A stretch of 64,000 bases of DNA from an uncultured Fibrobacteraceae bacterium (GTDB lineage Bacteria; Krumholzibacteriota; Krumholzibacteriia; LZORAL124-64-63). The DNA is taken from assembly GCA_964384055.1 (NCBI GenBank), contig CAYLIV010000008.1, positions 25,166 through 89,165 on the forward strand, written 5' to 3'. Shown in pieces: positions 29,204 to 40,774 of the stretch. Numbering within the stretch: position 1 is the first letter of the stretch; every line of letters starts with the position of its first letter. The position numbers were made by a program, and so were the translations under genes. The notes below the pieces were generated by a model. It made no database searches, was not told the DNA's origin, and saw only the letters and a program-made list of their open reading frames with translations.

Positions 29204-30547
29204 TTATTCCTCGATGATCTCCAGCAGTACCGCTTCCGCCTCCGGATCGTCGAACTGCCCGATCCAGAAAACCGCGTTCGAGCGTAATTCGGTGTCGCGC
29301 TCGTTGCGCACGATCTTCACCAGCTCGTGCAACGCCTCCTTGCCGCCACGGTTGGAGAGCAGGAAGATCACCTGCTCTTTCATTTCCCGGTCGGCGCCCT
29401 CATAGAACGCCATGATCTGCGCGATGGGCAGGTCGTGATTCTGACCGAGCCAGAACAGCGCCGTCTTGCGCAGCTCGATGTCCTCGTCCTCGTCGCCGGC
29501 GATACGCACCAACCACTCGCCGGCGTCATCGTGATCGGATTCGGAGATCGAGAACAGCACGTTTTCCCGCAGGTCCGCGTCGAGGTCGTCATACAGTTGC
29601 ATCAGGAACTCGATCTCGCTGCGCCCGCCGCGCTGGCCGATCCAGAAGATGGCGTTCTCGCGCACTTCTTCGGGTTGGTTGCGGTCGCGCGCCACGTCGC
29701 GTAGAATTTCGGCGGCGCGGTCGCTGTCGTGTTCCTGCAAGGCGAACAGCGCGTTCGTGCGTTCCTCGTCGTCTTCCGCGGTGGTGACGACCTCTTCGAG
29801 TATGGCAAGCGTCTCGTCGCCCGGAACCTGCGAGAGCCAGAAGATGGCGTTCTGCCGGACTTTAGGGTCGGGATCGTTGCGGTAGACTTCCAGCAAGGTG
29901 TCGGCCACCTCGTCGGTTTCGCCGTGCTCGGCCAGCAGGAAAACGGCCTGGCAGCGTAGCTCGGCACTGCTGTCCGTCTGCGTCAAGACCTTCTGCAGCA
30001 ACGGCACGGCGCGGTCCGACTTCATGTTCAGCAACGCTTGCAGCGTGGCCATCTTGAGTTCCTCGTCATGCTGGGTTTCGTGTTCGGCCGCGCGGGCGAC
30101 CCGCTCCGCCGCGTCGGCGTCGCCGCGCCTGGCGAGTTCACCCCGCAGGCGAGTCGCCAGATCCCGGGCTTCGTCTCGCATGGCCGCCTCGGGGAACCTT
30201 TCGCGCCGCAGTTCGAGCGCTTCGAGCGCCCGCCGCAGGTACTTGGATCGGTCCAGCCGATACAGCGCGAAGGCGCGCCAGTAGAGCGCATCGGCCGCGT
30301 AACGCGAGGATTCGTACTCCTCGTACACGTTCCGGAAGCGAGTGGCCGCCCGGCGGTACTCGTCCTCGTTGAGGGCCTGTCGTGCCTGTTCGTACAGTTC
30401 CTGCGCCAGCACATTTTCGTCGCTCTCCTGGGCCCGCCCGGTGCAGGCACCGCCCAGGGAGACGACCAAGATGATCAGCGTCAACCAGCATGCAGTCTGG
30501 AAACGGTGTGTCGTGCTTCCTCTGTCGTACATTTTCTTCCTCCTCAC
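29204..30547 (-). CDS. HEAT/PBS-lyase-repeat protein (paralogue of the downstream gene), N-terminal signal/anchor plus TPR-like segment
   Basis: At least 6 repeats of the [VL]R.NA[IV]FW[IL][GS]Q motif. Overlaps the upstream anti-sigma gene by 4 nt. Confidence 0.7.
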   Translation of the reverse strand: MRRKKMYDRGSTTHRFQTACWLTLIILVVSLGGACTGRAQESDENVLAQELYEQARQALNEDEYRRAATRFRNVYEEYESSRYAADALYWRAFALYRLDRSKYLRRALEALELRRERFPEAAMRDEARDLATRLRGELARRGDADAAERVARAAEHETQHDEELKMATLQALLNMKSDRAVPLLQKVLTQTDSSAELRCQAVFLLAEHGETDEVADTLLEVYRNDPDPKVRQNAIFWLSQVPGDETLAILEEVVTTAEDDEERTNALFALQEHDSDRAAEILRDVARDRNQPEEVRENAIFWIGQRGGRSEIEFLMQLYDDLDADLRENVLFSISESDHDDAGEWLVRIAGDEDEDIELRKTALFWLGQNHDLPIAQIMAFYEGADREMKEQVIFLLSNRGGKEALHELVKIVRNERDTELRSNAVFWIGQFDDPEAEAVLLEIIEE

Positions 30548-31290
30548 AGTCCGGCCACGGGTGCGCCGGCGGGGATGCTGTCGCGCAACCGGGGCAAGAT
30601 GGCGCGCTTGTCGAGACCTTTTTCGATCCAGTCCCGGTCGGTGTCGTGTGCTTCGCTCGTCACGGAGATGATCTGGGTGAGTACCAGTTCCAGGTCGGTC
30701 AACAAACGTCCGAGCCGCGGATCGTCGGCAGCCGGTGAATCGAGCAGCAGACGGGTTCGCGTGAGCAGATCGCCGGCGCGCTCGGCATAGGTCGGCGTCG
30801 CGACGCCGTCACCTCGGGTGAAACGGTACTCGGTCAGCAGCGCTTCGGCGCGCCCGAACAACGGCGCGGCGGCGAACTGGAAGATCGCGGAGCCGTCGTC
30901 CGCCCGCCGCGGCCGCCGGCGTTCGGTTTCACTCGCCACCGGGTGATCTGCGCGTTCGGGCACGACGACCGCTGCCGGGTCGGACGTGGCACCGGACATG
31001 GTGGCGACATCGCCGGCAGGTCGCAGCGGCATGGTCCAGCGGCCGATGACGATCCCGATCAGCAACACCGCAGCCGCCGCGACTGGCCACCAGAAACGGC
31101 GCGACCGCCAGAAGCCGGAGTGCGCAAGCGCAGCTCTTCGTCCACCGCGGGTACGTCGCTCGTCTGCTGCGCGGGTCGCCGTACGTTCCGCCGCGATACG
31201 CGTCCACAGGCGTTCGCGAGGTGTCGGTGGCGGCAGGTTGTACGCCTGCAGCGCGTCTTCGTAGTGCTTATCTGGTTTCGCGTCGTTCAT
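30544..31290 (-). CDS. anti-sigma factor (single-pass membrane protein; cytoplasmic N-domain, periplasmic C-domain)
   Basis: Immediately follows and overlaps the ECF sigma gene. Start taken at MNDAKPDKHY (ATG 31290). TM helix WWPVAAAAVLLIGIVIG. The ORF-track upstream extension is rejected. Confidence 0.55.
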   Translation of the reverse strand: MNDAKPDKHYEDALQAYNLPPPTPRERLWTRIAAERTATRAADERRTRGGRRAALAHSGFWRSRRFWWPVAAAAVLLIGIVIGRWTMPLRPAGDVATMSGATSDPAAVVVPERADHPVASETERRRPRRADDGSAIFQFAAAPLFGRAEALLTEYRFTRGDGVATPTYAERAGDLLTRTRLLLDSPAADDPRLGRLLTDLELVLTQIISVTSEAHDTDRDWIEKGLDKRAILPRLRDSIPAGAPVAGL

Positions 31291-31849
31291 GACCTCGCCT
31301 CTCGGCCTCGTCCGGACGGAGTCCGCCCAGCGCCTCGCGCAGCCGCCGCCGCGCCCGCGACAACCGCGATTTTGTCGTTCCCGCCGGTACGTCGAGTATC
31401 TCCGCGATCTCTCGATGCCGGAAACCCTCGATATCGTGCAGGACGAACACCAGCCGCAGATCATCGGGTAGCTCGTCGATTGCCGCGTGGATCCATCGTT
31501 TCAGATCCAGATCGCGAAAGGTGCCCAGCCGCGCCGCCCCACCCGCGCCGCCCAACAGCTCGAGATCGATCTCGCGCGAGCGGATGCGGGTGATCTTGCG
31601 CAGGCCGTTGATCACCACGGTAACAGCGATGGCGTGCAGCCAGGTCGAGAGCGCCGACCGACCCTCGAAACGGTCCATGGCGCCATAGGCACGTATGAAT
31701 GTCTCCTGGGTGAAATCCTCGGCCATGGTCTCGTCGCCGGTCATGCGATACGCCAGCCGGAAAATCCGGTCGACGTGAGATTCGAAGAAAGCCCGCTCGG
31801 CAGCGGGATCGCCCTTCAGAATGCCACGTATCATCTGGTGTTGTCGCAC
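31268..31849 (-). CDS. RNA polymerase ECF sigma factor
   Basis: RBS aggag 6 nt before GTG at 31849. Region 2 (FTQETFIRAYGAMDRFEGRSALSTWLHAIAVTVVIN) and region 4 (DLRLVFVLHDIEGFRHREIAEILDVPAGTTKSRLSRARRRL). Confidence 0.8.
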   Translation of the reverse strand: MRQHQMIRGILKGDPAAERAFFESHVDRIFRLAYRMTGDETMAEDFTQETFIRAYGAMDRFEGRSALSTWLHAIAVTVVINGLRKITRIRSREIDLELLGGAGGAARLGTFRDLDLKRWIHAAIDELPDDLRLVFVLHDIEGFRHREIAEILDVPAGTTKSRLSRARRRLREALGGLRPDEAERRGHERRETR

Positions 31850-31887
31850 ATTCGGCTCCTGGATCGCATCGCGTCACTCGCTGTATC

Positions 31888-31925
31888 GATCAATGAGACA
31901 CTGGCCACAGGCGGATGGTTCACGG
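31888..31925 (-). promoter_or_regulatory. putative ECF-type autoregulatory promoter (-35 TGAACC, 16-nt spacer, -10 TGTCTC) upstream of the sigma gene
   Basis: The minus-strand sequence gtGAACCatccgcctgtggccagTGTCTCatt lies ~40 nt upstream of the start codon. It resembles the GGAAC-N16-GTCT consensus of RpoE-like ECF sigma factors. Confidence 0.3.
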
Positions 31926-32196
31926 CGTTACGCAAAAATCCGCTGACCGGTCGAATATTTCTTTTCGGGCCAGGCACCTGCGGCGAGAAAAACCGGGCAA
32001 CGGGTCGCGCGAACGTTACTTTTTCTGCAACAATCGACCAGCGCATGCGTAAATCTCTCCATCTACAGAATGCACGGAAGTACGCAATAGCCGTACATTG
32101 AAGAACGGCCGGGCCATTTTCCTGAACCAGATGGGATCCCCCTTGCTCATCTGGTTGGTCCGGCCAAAATATTTGGCCTCCGGTCAACCGTTCGGC

Positions 32197-32236
32197 ACAA
32201 AAAGAAGACGGCCACGGCGAGTGACCGTCTTCTTTT
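32197..32236 (-). terminator. rho-independent terminator downstream of the C1 peptidase gene
   Basis: Stem aaaagaagacgg/ccgtcttctttt with a 13-nt loop, followed on the minus strand by TTTTGTG; 20 nt after the stop at 32257. Confidence 0.5.
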
Positions 32237-32256
32237 ACGTCCGCTCGCCGACTGAC

Positions 32257-33552
32257 TCAGGGCAACAATCCCTGCATGCGATCCTTGTGCACCAGGAAGC
32301 CGAGCATCTTCAGCTTGATGAAGTCGCCGTCGAAGAAGTAGATCCCCTCGAAACGGCCCAGCCGGCTGCTGCGGTTGCTGTCCTTGATCAGGAACCAGTC
32401 GCGGCCGCCGTAGCGCGTGAACCCGACGACGTGGACCCCGTGATCGTCGGTGGTCGTGCCGTTGACGATGCGTAGTTCACGGCTGGCCTGATTGATGTGC
32501 TCGGAGGGAATGTCCCAGCTGGGAATGATCGCCGCGTCCTGTTTGCCGTCGCGGCCGGGTTCGCTGACGTCACCGCCGATGACCACCGAGTAGCCGTCCT
32601 GCACGGCATCCTTGATGACCCGGTAGAACTCGACCAGGGGCAGGTTGTAGTAATCCGTCTTGCGCCGCCAATTGTCCGGTACGTCGAGCAGCACCCAGGT
32701 GTGGAACGGTTCGTCGAGCCGCGAGACGCAGCTGACGTAATCGTCGAGCTCGAGGCGCAGAACCTCGGCCAGGAAAGCCCGTGGATCGTAGGTCGCGCCG
32801 TCCCACTCGACGGTTTCCGGCGGCCGGCCGAGGTGCTTGTCGAGGATCGAACGGACCACGAGTAGATTCTGCGACTCGTCCCAGGTCTTGGTCTCGCGCA
32901 CCCATTCGAGATACCCCTTGAGCTCCTTCATGAGCGGCGCGTGGTCGTGCCAGCCGTTGCGGTTCAACACGCCGGGGTAGGCCGCCGCCGGCACCGCACC
33001 GTACAGCTTGAAGACCTCGAGCGTGCCGTGGTCCTGGCCTCCCTGCGCGACCAGCGAGTGGCCGTACTCGCGCAGATATCGCCGGGCTTTCTCCACGTAT
33101 TCCCAGTAGACGACCCACATCTCCGAGAGCTTGCACTGCACGTCCTGCAGGCGATTGGCTTCGGATTCCAGGAAGGAAACCGAGCAGAAGGCCCAGCAGC
33201 TTCCGGTGTAGTACTGGGCCACCGGCGGTGTGTGCCAGATCTGCTCGAACGCTTCGGGACCGGTCGGCACGTCCACGTCGGACCAGTCGATCCGCAGCTC
33301 GCGCTTCGTGTCGTCGGCCGCTCGCTGCTGCTCGGCATACCGGGCGTCGACGAGCCCCTGCAGAGAATCGCGCTCGGCCTGCCGCTCGTCGCGGTCGTCC
33401 TTGATCGCCTCCAGAATCGGGTATTCGTACTCGGGGACGTAGACCGGATCGTCCTCGCGCTCGGCGGCGCTCGCATCCGGCGCCGGCGTGAAGGCGAACA
33501 GACAGGCGAGCACAGTGGCGATGACCGCCGACTTCGTGTTGGGCAAACCCAT
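32257..33552 (-). CDS. papain-like cysteine peptidase (C1 family), secreted
   Basis: RBS gaggagg before ATG at 33552. Signal peptide MGLPNTKSAVIATVLACLFAFTPAPDASA. Catalytic Cys context QYYTGSCWAFCSVSFLES. His in DHGVHVVGF. The ORF-track N-terminal 193 codons belong to another gene or frame. Confidence 0.75.
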   Translation of the reverse strand: MGLPNTKSAVIATVLACLFAFTPAPDASAAEREDDPVYVPEYEYPILEAIKDDRDERQAERDSLQGLVDARYAEQQRAADDTKRELRIDWSDVDVPTGPEAFEQIWHTPPVAQYYTGSCWAFCSVSFLESEANRLQDVQCKLSEMWVVYWEYVEKARRYLREYGHSLVAQGGQDHGTLEVFKLYGAVPAAAYPGVLNRNGWHDHAPLMKELKGYLEWVRETKTWDESQNLLVVRSILDKHLGRPPETVEWDGATYDPRAFLAEVLRLELDDYVSCVSRLDEPFHTWVLLDVPDNWRRKTDYYNLPLVEFYRVIKDAVQDGYSVVIGGDVSEPGRDGKQDAAIIPSWDIPSEHINQASRELRIVNGTTTDDHGVHVVGFTRYGGRDWFLIKDSNRSSRLGRFEGIYFFDGDFIKLKMLGFLVHKDRMQGLLP

Positions 33553-33596
33553 GAAAACCTCCTCGGCGCCTGGTACCAGCGCGCCAGCCGACGGCG

Positions 33597-34131
33597 TCAG
33601 AACCTGATGACCGAACCCAGTCCGATCAACGACAGGACAAACGCCGCCAGGGTGAAAACGACCCAGCCGATCAGGCAAACCAGAATGGCTCTGCCGGTAC
33701 TCTCGTAGTCCAGCGCCTGGCGGACCGCGATGACCATCGCCACCAGCATCCAGCAATTGGCGACCACGAAGATGAAGAAGCCGATGAGAGGAATGAAAGA
33801 GAAGAGCCGAATCACACCCGGTGCCGCGCTGAATCCAACCGTGCGCAGCACCTGACCCAGGTCCGCTTGCGTGCGGGCGCCGGGCAAGAACCGCGTACCC
33901 ACGAAGAAAATGGTCAGCGACCAGATCAGCCAGCCGACCAACGCCGCCACCGTGCCGCCGATCAGACCGAGCACGCCCCCGGATATGGCGCCGCCGATGC
34001 CGGCGGCGACGCTGGAAAGCGCAACCACGGCCGCAGCCTGGCCGGTCGCCGTCGGCATCGGCCTCCACCTCCTCGTAGAGCAGGGGATCGAGCTTCGCGG
34101 CTCTCATCATCCGGTCGACCAGTTGTGACAT
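33597..34131 (-). pseudogene. Yip1-like multi-pass membrane protein, apparently split by a frameshift near 34058-34070 (or a sequencing error)
   Basis: Frame A from ATG 34131 encodes a Yip1-family-like N-terminus MSQLVDRMMRAAKLDPLLYEEVEAD, then degenerates into Arg-rich sequence. Frame B from ATG 34058 encodes 153 aa with 5 TM helices and high GC3 through to the stop at 33597. Confidence 0.4.
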
Positions 34132-34383
34132 GATCCTGGACCTCCGCGATCGGGTTTGTGGATATCGTCGCGATCGTCGTGACGCACAAGCGGCGCGCCG
34201 ACGTGGGGACTGCCGCCATTATAGCGCGGTCGCCGAATCGAGCAAGGATCCATGATACTCCCTGCCGCGGACGTCGCCGGCGTCGTGGCGGACGGTATCC
34301 GGGAAATCCTGTTTTCTTGCGGCGCGGCATGCTATTTTTCGGGGCGCGAAACAGTGATCGCGAAACAGCCAGGAGGACCGGTT

Positions 34384-36459
<2,076 letters not shown>

Positions 36460-36478
36460 TCCGTACCGAGGAGCAAGC

Positions 36479-37420
36479 ATGGAACCCCAGAAAGACGAAC
36501 AACGCGCCGAGCAACTTCCCCGACCGCGCGTCGCCGCCCTGGACGAGATCCTGGGCAAGCCTTTCCCGGTTCTGGACGACGGTCTGGTGCGCGTCGTCGA
36601 TTACATGGGCGACGACGCAGCAGTGGTCCAGGCCGCTCGTGTCAGCTACGGCGCAGGCACCAGGAAGGTCAGCGACGATCGCGGTCTGATCCGCTACCTG
36701 CTGCGCAACCGCCACACGACGCCCTTCGAGATGTGCGAGCTGAAACTCCACGTCCGGGTTCCCATGGACGCCTGGCGCCAGTGGATCCGACACCGGACCG
36801 CTTCGGTCAACGAATACAGCACCCGCTACTCCGTGGCCATCGACGCGGCCCAGCGCACCGAACCCGATCAGTGGCGCAGCCAGTCGATGAGCAACCGGCA
36901 GGGCAGCACCGGTCTGCTCGACGGTGAAACCGGGCATCAGCTGACCCGCGCCGAGGCCGATCTCCAGGACCACGCCCGTCGTGTCTACCAGGAGCGCATC
37001 GACGTAAATGTCGCCCGGGAGGTCGCGCGCAAGGACCTACCCCTTTGCACCTACACCGAGGCCTACTGGAAGATCGATTTACATAACCTATTACATTTCT
37101 TGTCGTTGCGTATGGATGTTCATGCACAGCAGGAGATTCGCGCCTACGCCACGATCATCGGCGAACAGATCGTCTCGCGCTGGGTTCCCCTGGTCTGGGA
37201 AGCCTTCCAGGACTACCGCATGGGAGCGCTGTTTTTGAGCCGGATCGATCGCGAGGTGATCGCGGCGCTCGGTGCCGGGGACACCGTCGCGGCCATCGAT
37301 ATCGTGACGGCGGCCGGCTGGCTCAAGGAGGGCAAGAAAGGGCTGCTGCGCAACCGCGAACGCGCCGAGCTCGAGGCCAAGCTCGAGCAGTTGAATCTAC
37401 GCATCCCGTGGCGCGATTGA
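36479..37420 (+). CDS. thyX: flavin-dependent thymidylate synthase
   Basis: RBS gaggag. ThyX signature RHRTASVNEYSTRY plus the upstream RHTTPFE motif. Confidence 0.9.
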   Translation: MEPQKDEQRAEQLPRPRVAALDEILGKPFPVLDDGLVRVVDYMGDDAAVVQAARVSYGAGTRKVSDDRGLIRYLLRNRHTTPFEMCELKLHVRVPMDAWRQWIRHRTASVNEYSTRYSVAIDAAQRTEPDQWRSQSMSNRQGSTGLLDGETGHQLTRAEADLQDHARRVYQERIDVNVAREVARKDLPLCTYTEAYWKIDLHNLLHFLSLRMDVHAQQEIRAYATIIGEQIVSRWVPLVWEAFQDYRMGALFLSRIDREVIAALGAGDTVAAIDIVTAAGWLKEGKKGLLRNRERAELEAKLEQLNLRIPWRD

Positions 37421-37456
37421 GGCGACGCGTGGCTTCATGTTCGTCTGCCGAAACTA

Positions 37457-38491
37457 CTAGAACACCAACTTCATGTATACCGGTCGGTGATCGCTGATAT
37501 CGGCATCGTAGGTCTGCCAGCCGTAGGGCAGCAGGTAGGTGTCCAGGCGCAGGGTACGTACCTCGGAGCCTTCGCGCTCGAAATCGGCGAAGAGTTCGTT
37601 GCTGATCAGGATATGATCGAGATGGCTGGGCCAGCCGGGAAATGACCAGTAGATGTTGTTGCCCCGGGCTATATCCAGGTCCACGAAGCGGTACTCGTCC
37701 GGGGCGTCCAGAAAGACCTGGAACACATTGTAGGCCTCGCCGTCGGTCAGCAGATCGTTCAGGTCACCGAGCAGAATCACCCGCGAGTCGGTGTAGTGGT
37801 TTTTGATGTACGCGTCGAGCGAGTCGCAGCCTGCACGACGCCGGGTTTCGTTCTCCGTACCGCCGCTCGCCTTGAGGTGGTTATTGATGATTACCAGGTG
37901 GGTATCGCCGAAAAGGCACTCCATCACTAGCGGAGTTCGCGGAAACACATACCAATCACCCGCATTGATTTCGTAAATCCCCCGACCAGCGAGGTCTATC
38001 GCCGCGTCCTTGTAGAGGTACGCTAGGTTGATGTAGCGGTCGCTGCTTGCCCGGAATCCGGACCAGCCGTCGAGACTATCGACCAGGTTCATGAAGTACG
38101 ATACGCTGCTTATTTCCTGCAGGGCGATGACATCGGGATCGAGCGCCTCTACGGCCTGTGCCACGTAGTCGACCGTCACGCTGCCCGACTTGGCGAAATT
38201 CTCGATATTCCAGGTGAGAATCTCGAAGGACGCCTCCTCGCCGACCTTGGCGGCGACGAAGGGATTGGTCGCTGCGGGTCCCGGACCGTAGGGAAGATGT
38301 TCCGACTTCCCGCAACCGCCGAGCACGAGGGGGAAAGCGAGTACGAGCGCCACGACGCTCAGGACGATGCGTCTGCACAGCGATCCTGCGCCCGACCAGC
38401 TGCGCGCTACCGGGGCGCGGCGAACAGCCGCATCCGGCTGGCGAATGTGATCAGTATTTCGACTCGATGCTATCCGGGTTGCCGCTACCAT
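37457..38491 (-). CDS. endonuclease/exonuclease/phosphatase (EEP) family lipoprotein
   Basis: RBS aagga before ATG at 38491. Lipobox LVLGGCG. EEP motifs (ILTWNIENF, IALQEI, VILLGDLND, SDHRPV). The position of the start within the ORF is uncertain. Confidence 0.65.
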   Translation of the reverse strand: MVAATRIASSRNTDHIRQPDAAVRRAPVARSWSGAGSLCRRIVLSVVALVLAFPLVLGGCGKSEHLPYGPGPAATNPFVAAKVGEEASFEILTWNIENFAKSGSVTVDYVAQAVEALDPDVIALQEISSVSYFMNLVDSLDGWSGFRASSDRYINLAYLYKDAAIDLAGRGIYEINAGDWYVFPRTPLVMECLFGDTHLVIINNHLKASGGTENETRRRAGCDSLDAYIKNHYTDSRVILLGDLNDLLTDGEAYNVFQVFLDAPDEYRFVDLDIARGNNIYWSFPGWPSHLDHILISNELFADFEREGSEVRTLRLDTYLLPYGWQTYDADISDHRPVYMKLVF

Positions 38492-38626
38492 CAATCCTTG
38501 CGTCCCTTCCCCGCTGAGCCGTCGGTCCCGACCAAGAATACCATAAATTTGCGGCCTGCGCTGCGGTCTCGCAACCAGTAAGGCGGTGCGGAACGCAAAC
38601 GACACCGCGCCGCCCGCCGGCCCTGA

Positions 38627-39547
38627 TCAGGTTTCAGATCGCGAAGCCCGCGCCTCGGCCTCGATGAAGACCTTCTTGACATCGCCGAACCGGCTCTTGA
38701 TCCGCCGGTCGATGACCGCGATCGCCTTCTCCACCTGGCCCGCGGAGGCTAGATCGTCGAAATCCACGCTCACGTTGACGAGGATGTAGTGCGGTCCGAC
38801 GTGCATGGTCAGCACCTCGTTGATGTGCTGGATCTCCGGCAGGGCCACCGCCAGCTCGCGGATGCCGGCAACGACCTCTGGATCCGCTGCCTCGCCGATC
38901 AGCAGACTCTTGGTCTCGACGGCGAGCCAGACCGCCGTTCCGGCGAGGATCAACCCGATCACCACCGAAGCGGTGCCGTCCCACCACGCCTGCCCGGTCA
39001 GCTGCCCGAGCAGGATGCCCAGGAACGCCACCACCAGGCCGAGCAATGCCGCCGAATCCTCGAACAGCACGATGAAGGTCGACGGATCCTTGCCCCGTTT
39101 CACCGCGTCGATGATGCTGCGCTTGCCCCGTACACGCGAGAATTCCTTCCAGGCGAAGAGCCAGGCGACGCCCTCGAAGATCATGGCCAATCCGAGCACG
39201 ATGTAGTTGACGAGCGGATCCTCGATGGGATGCGGATGCAGCAGGTGCCGGATGCCCTCGAAGATCGAGACGCCCGCCCCGACCGCGAAGATGCTGATGG
39301 CGACCACGAAGCCCCAGAAGTAGATCTCCTTGCCGTGCCCGTAGGGGAAACGTTCGTCGGGCGGGCGCTGGGCCCGGCGCAGACCCAGCAGCAGCAGGAC
39401 CTGATTACCCGTGTCGACGACCGAGTGAATCGCCTCCGAGAGCATGGCCGCGCTGCCGGTCAAGGCTGACGCGATGAACTTGGTCACGGCGATCAGTGCA
39501 TTACCGATCAGGGCCGCTATGATCACCTTGCGCGAAGAGCCGGCCAT
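38627..39547 (-). CDS. cation diffusion facilitator (CDF) family transporter
   Basis: 6 TM helices with the CDF signature (SEAIHSVVDTGNQVLLLLGL, HxxxD sites) and a C-terminal cytoplasmic domain. Confidence 0.85.
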   Translation of the reverse strand: MAGSSRKVIIAALIGNALIAVTKFIASALTGSAAMLSEAIHSVVDTGNQVLLLLGLRRAQRPPDERFPYGHGKEIYFWGFVVAISIFAVGAGVSIFEGIRHLLHPHPIEDPLVNYIVLGLAMIFEGVAWLFAWKEFSRVRGKRSIIDAVKRGKDPSTFIVLFEDSAALLGLVVAFLGILLGQLTGQAWWDGTASVVIGLILAGTAVWLAVETKSLLIGEAADPEVVAGIRELAVALPEIQHINEVLTMHVGPHYILVNVSVDFDDLASAGQVEKAIAVIDRRIKSRFGDVKKVFIEAEARASRSET

Positions 39548-39550
39548 CGT

Positions 39551-40774
39551 TCACTCCTTTGCTGGATCGAGCTTGCCTGGATCGTCCGCGCCCGGCCGCG
39601 GCACCCGGATTCGCAGACACACAAAAAATCCCACAACAGCGATGGTTCCCGCCAGCACAAAAACCCACTGGTGGCCGTGATGATCCCAGAGATAGCCGGA
39701 TAGAATCGGCAAGGTCATCGCCACCACGTGGTCGATGGTGATGCCCAGCGAGATCGTCGGCGTGATGTCCGCGGGATCCCGGGCGATTTTCTTCAGGTAG
39801 GTGGTGCGTGCCACCCGCAGCGCGAACAGGATATGGTCGAGCACATACGCACCGTACAGCAGGTACAGATCGTACGGCGCCGCCAGCAGCTCGGACGCAA
39901 AGGCGTAGATCAGGCAGACCACCAGCAGCATCAGCTCGTCCACCGCCAGAACGACCCGTTCCCCGAGCCAGTCGATCACGTCGCCGAGCAGGGGCCGCAG
40001 CACAACGCCCAGACACGAGGCGATGAAGTACAGCATGGCGATGGTAGCCACCGGCACGTCGTGCAGCGAGACGAGTACCCACGAACCGAAAACCAGGAAG
40101 ATCTGCTTGCGGATCCCGAACAGCGCGCTGATGGCGTAGAACAGTTTGTACCGGCGGCGCAGGACGAAGGTACGCGACGGCGCTTCGCCGCGGCCGAGCC
40201 CGAGCCGGAAGTAGCAGTACCCGGCAAGCACCGCGAAGACGGCCGCGACCACGTAGAAGGCGTCGTACCGATCGCCCCAGAAACGAGCCAGCAAGTAGAT
40301 CAGACCCACGCCGGAGATCGTACCCAGATTGCGGGCGCCGCCGAGCTGCCCGAGCCGGTGGCCCTCGTTGCCGTCGGCCGCGGTCTTGAGTCCCAGGGGC
40401 CCTTCGACGGCGAAAATGATGTGATCGCCCAGCGACCAGACGACGATGAACACGACCAGCAATGAGGTGGCGCTGGAGAGATAGGCCAGCCCCAGGGCGC
40501 CCACCGCGGAGCAGACCATCGCCACGACCGCGATCCGGCTCTCGCGCAGGCGCAGGAGCAGCGCGCCGACCACGAAGAAGATCAGGAATCCCGGCAGCTC
40601 CCGCGGCAGTTCGAGCCAGCCGCGCGCCGCGGCGCTGAGCTGGTGCACCTCGGCCAGGTAGTTGTTCAGTGTTGCCAGGAAGATGCCGCCGGTGGCGCCG
40701 AAAAACAGTGTCGCCAGCAGAACACGGCGGAAGTCACGGCGGGCAGCGGTGTGGTCGTGAAGCTGGCTGTTCAT
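39551..40774 (-). CDS. MFS transporter
   Basis: Start at MNSQLHDH (ATG 40774). 12 TM helices. Lies 3 nt upstream of the CDF gene. Confidence 0.7.
   Translation of the reverse strand: MNSQLHDHTAARRDFRRVLLATLFFGATGGIFLATLNNYLAEVHQLSAAARGWLELPRELPGFLIFFVVGALLLRLRESRIAVVAMVCSAVGALGLAYLSSATSLLVVFIVVWSLGDHIIFAVEGPLGLKTAADGNEGHRLGQLGGARNLGTISGVGLIYLLARFWGDRYDAFYVVAAVFAVLAGYCYFRLGLGRGEAPSRTFVLRRRYKLFYAISALFGIRKQIFLVFGSWVLVSLHDVPVATIAMLYFIASCLGVVLRPLLGDVIDWLGERVVLAVDELMLLVVCLIYAFASELLAAPYDLYLLYGAYVLDHILFALRVARTTYLKKIARDPADITPTISLGITIDHVVAMTLPILSGYLWDHHGHQWVFVLAGTIAVVGFFVCLRIRVPRPGADDPGKLDPAKE

Noticed and set aside
32257-34131. 624-aa fused ORF
   Set aside because: It is an artefact that joins the C1 peptidase to an out-of-frame read-through of the Yip1-like gene region. 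The peptidase has its own RBS and signal peptide at 33552.
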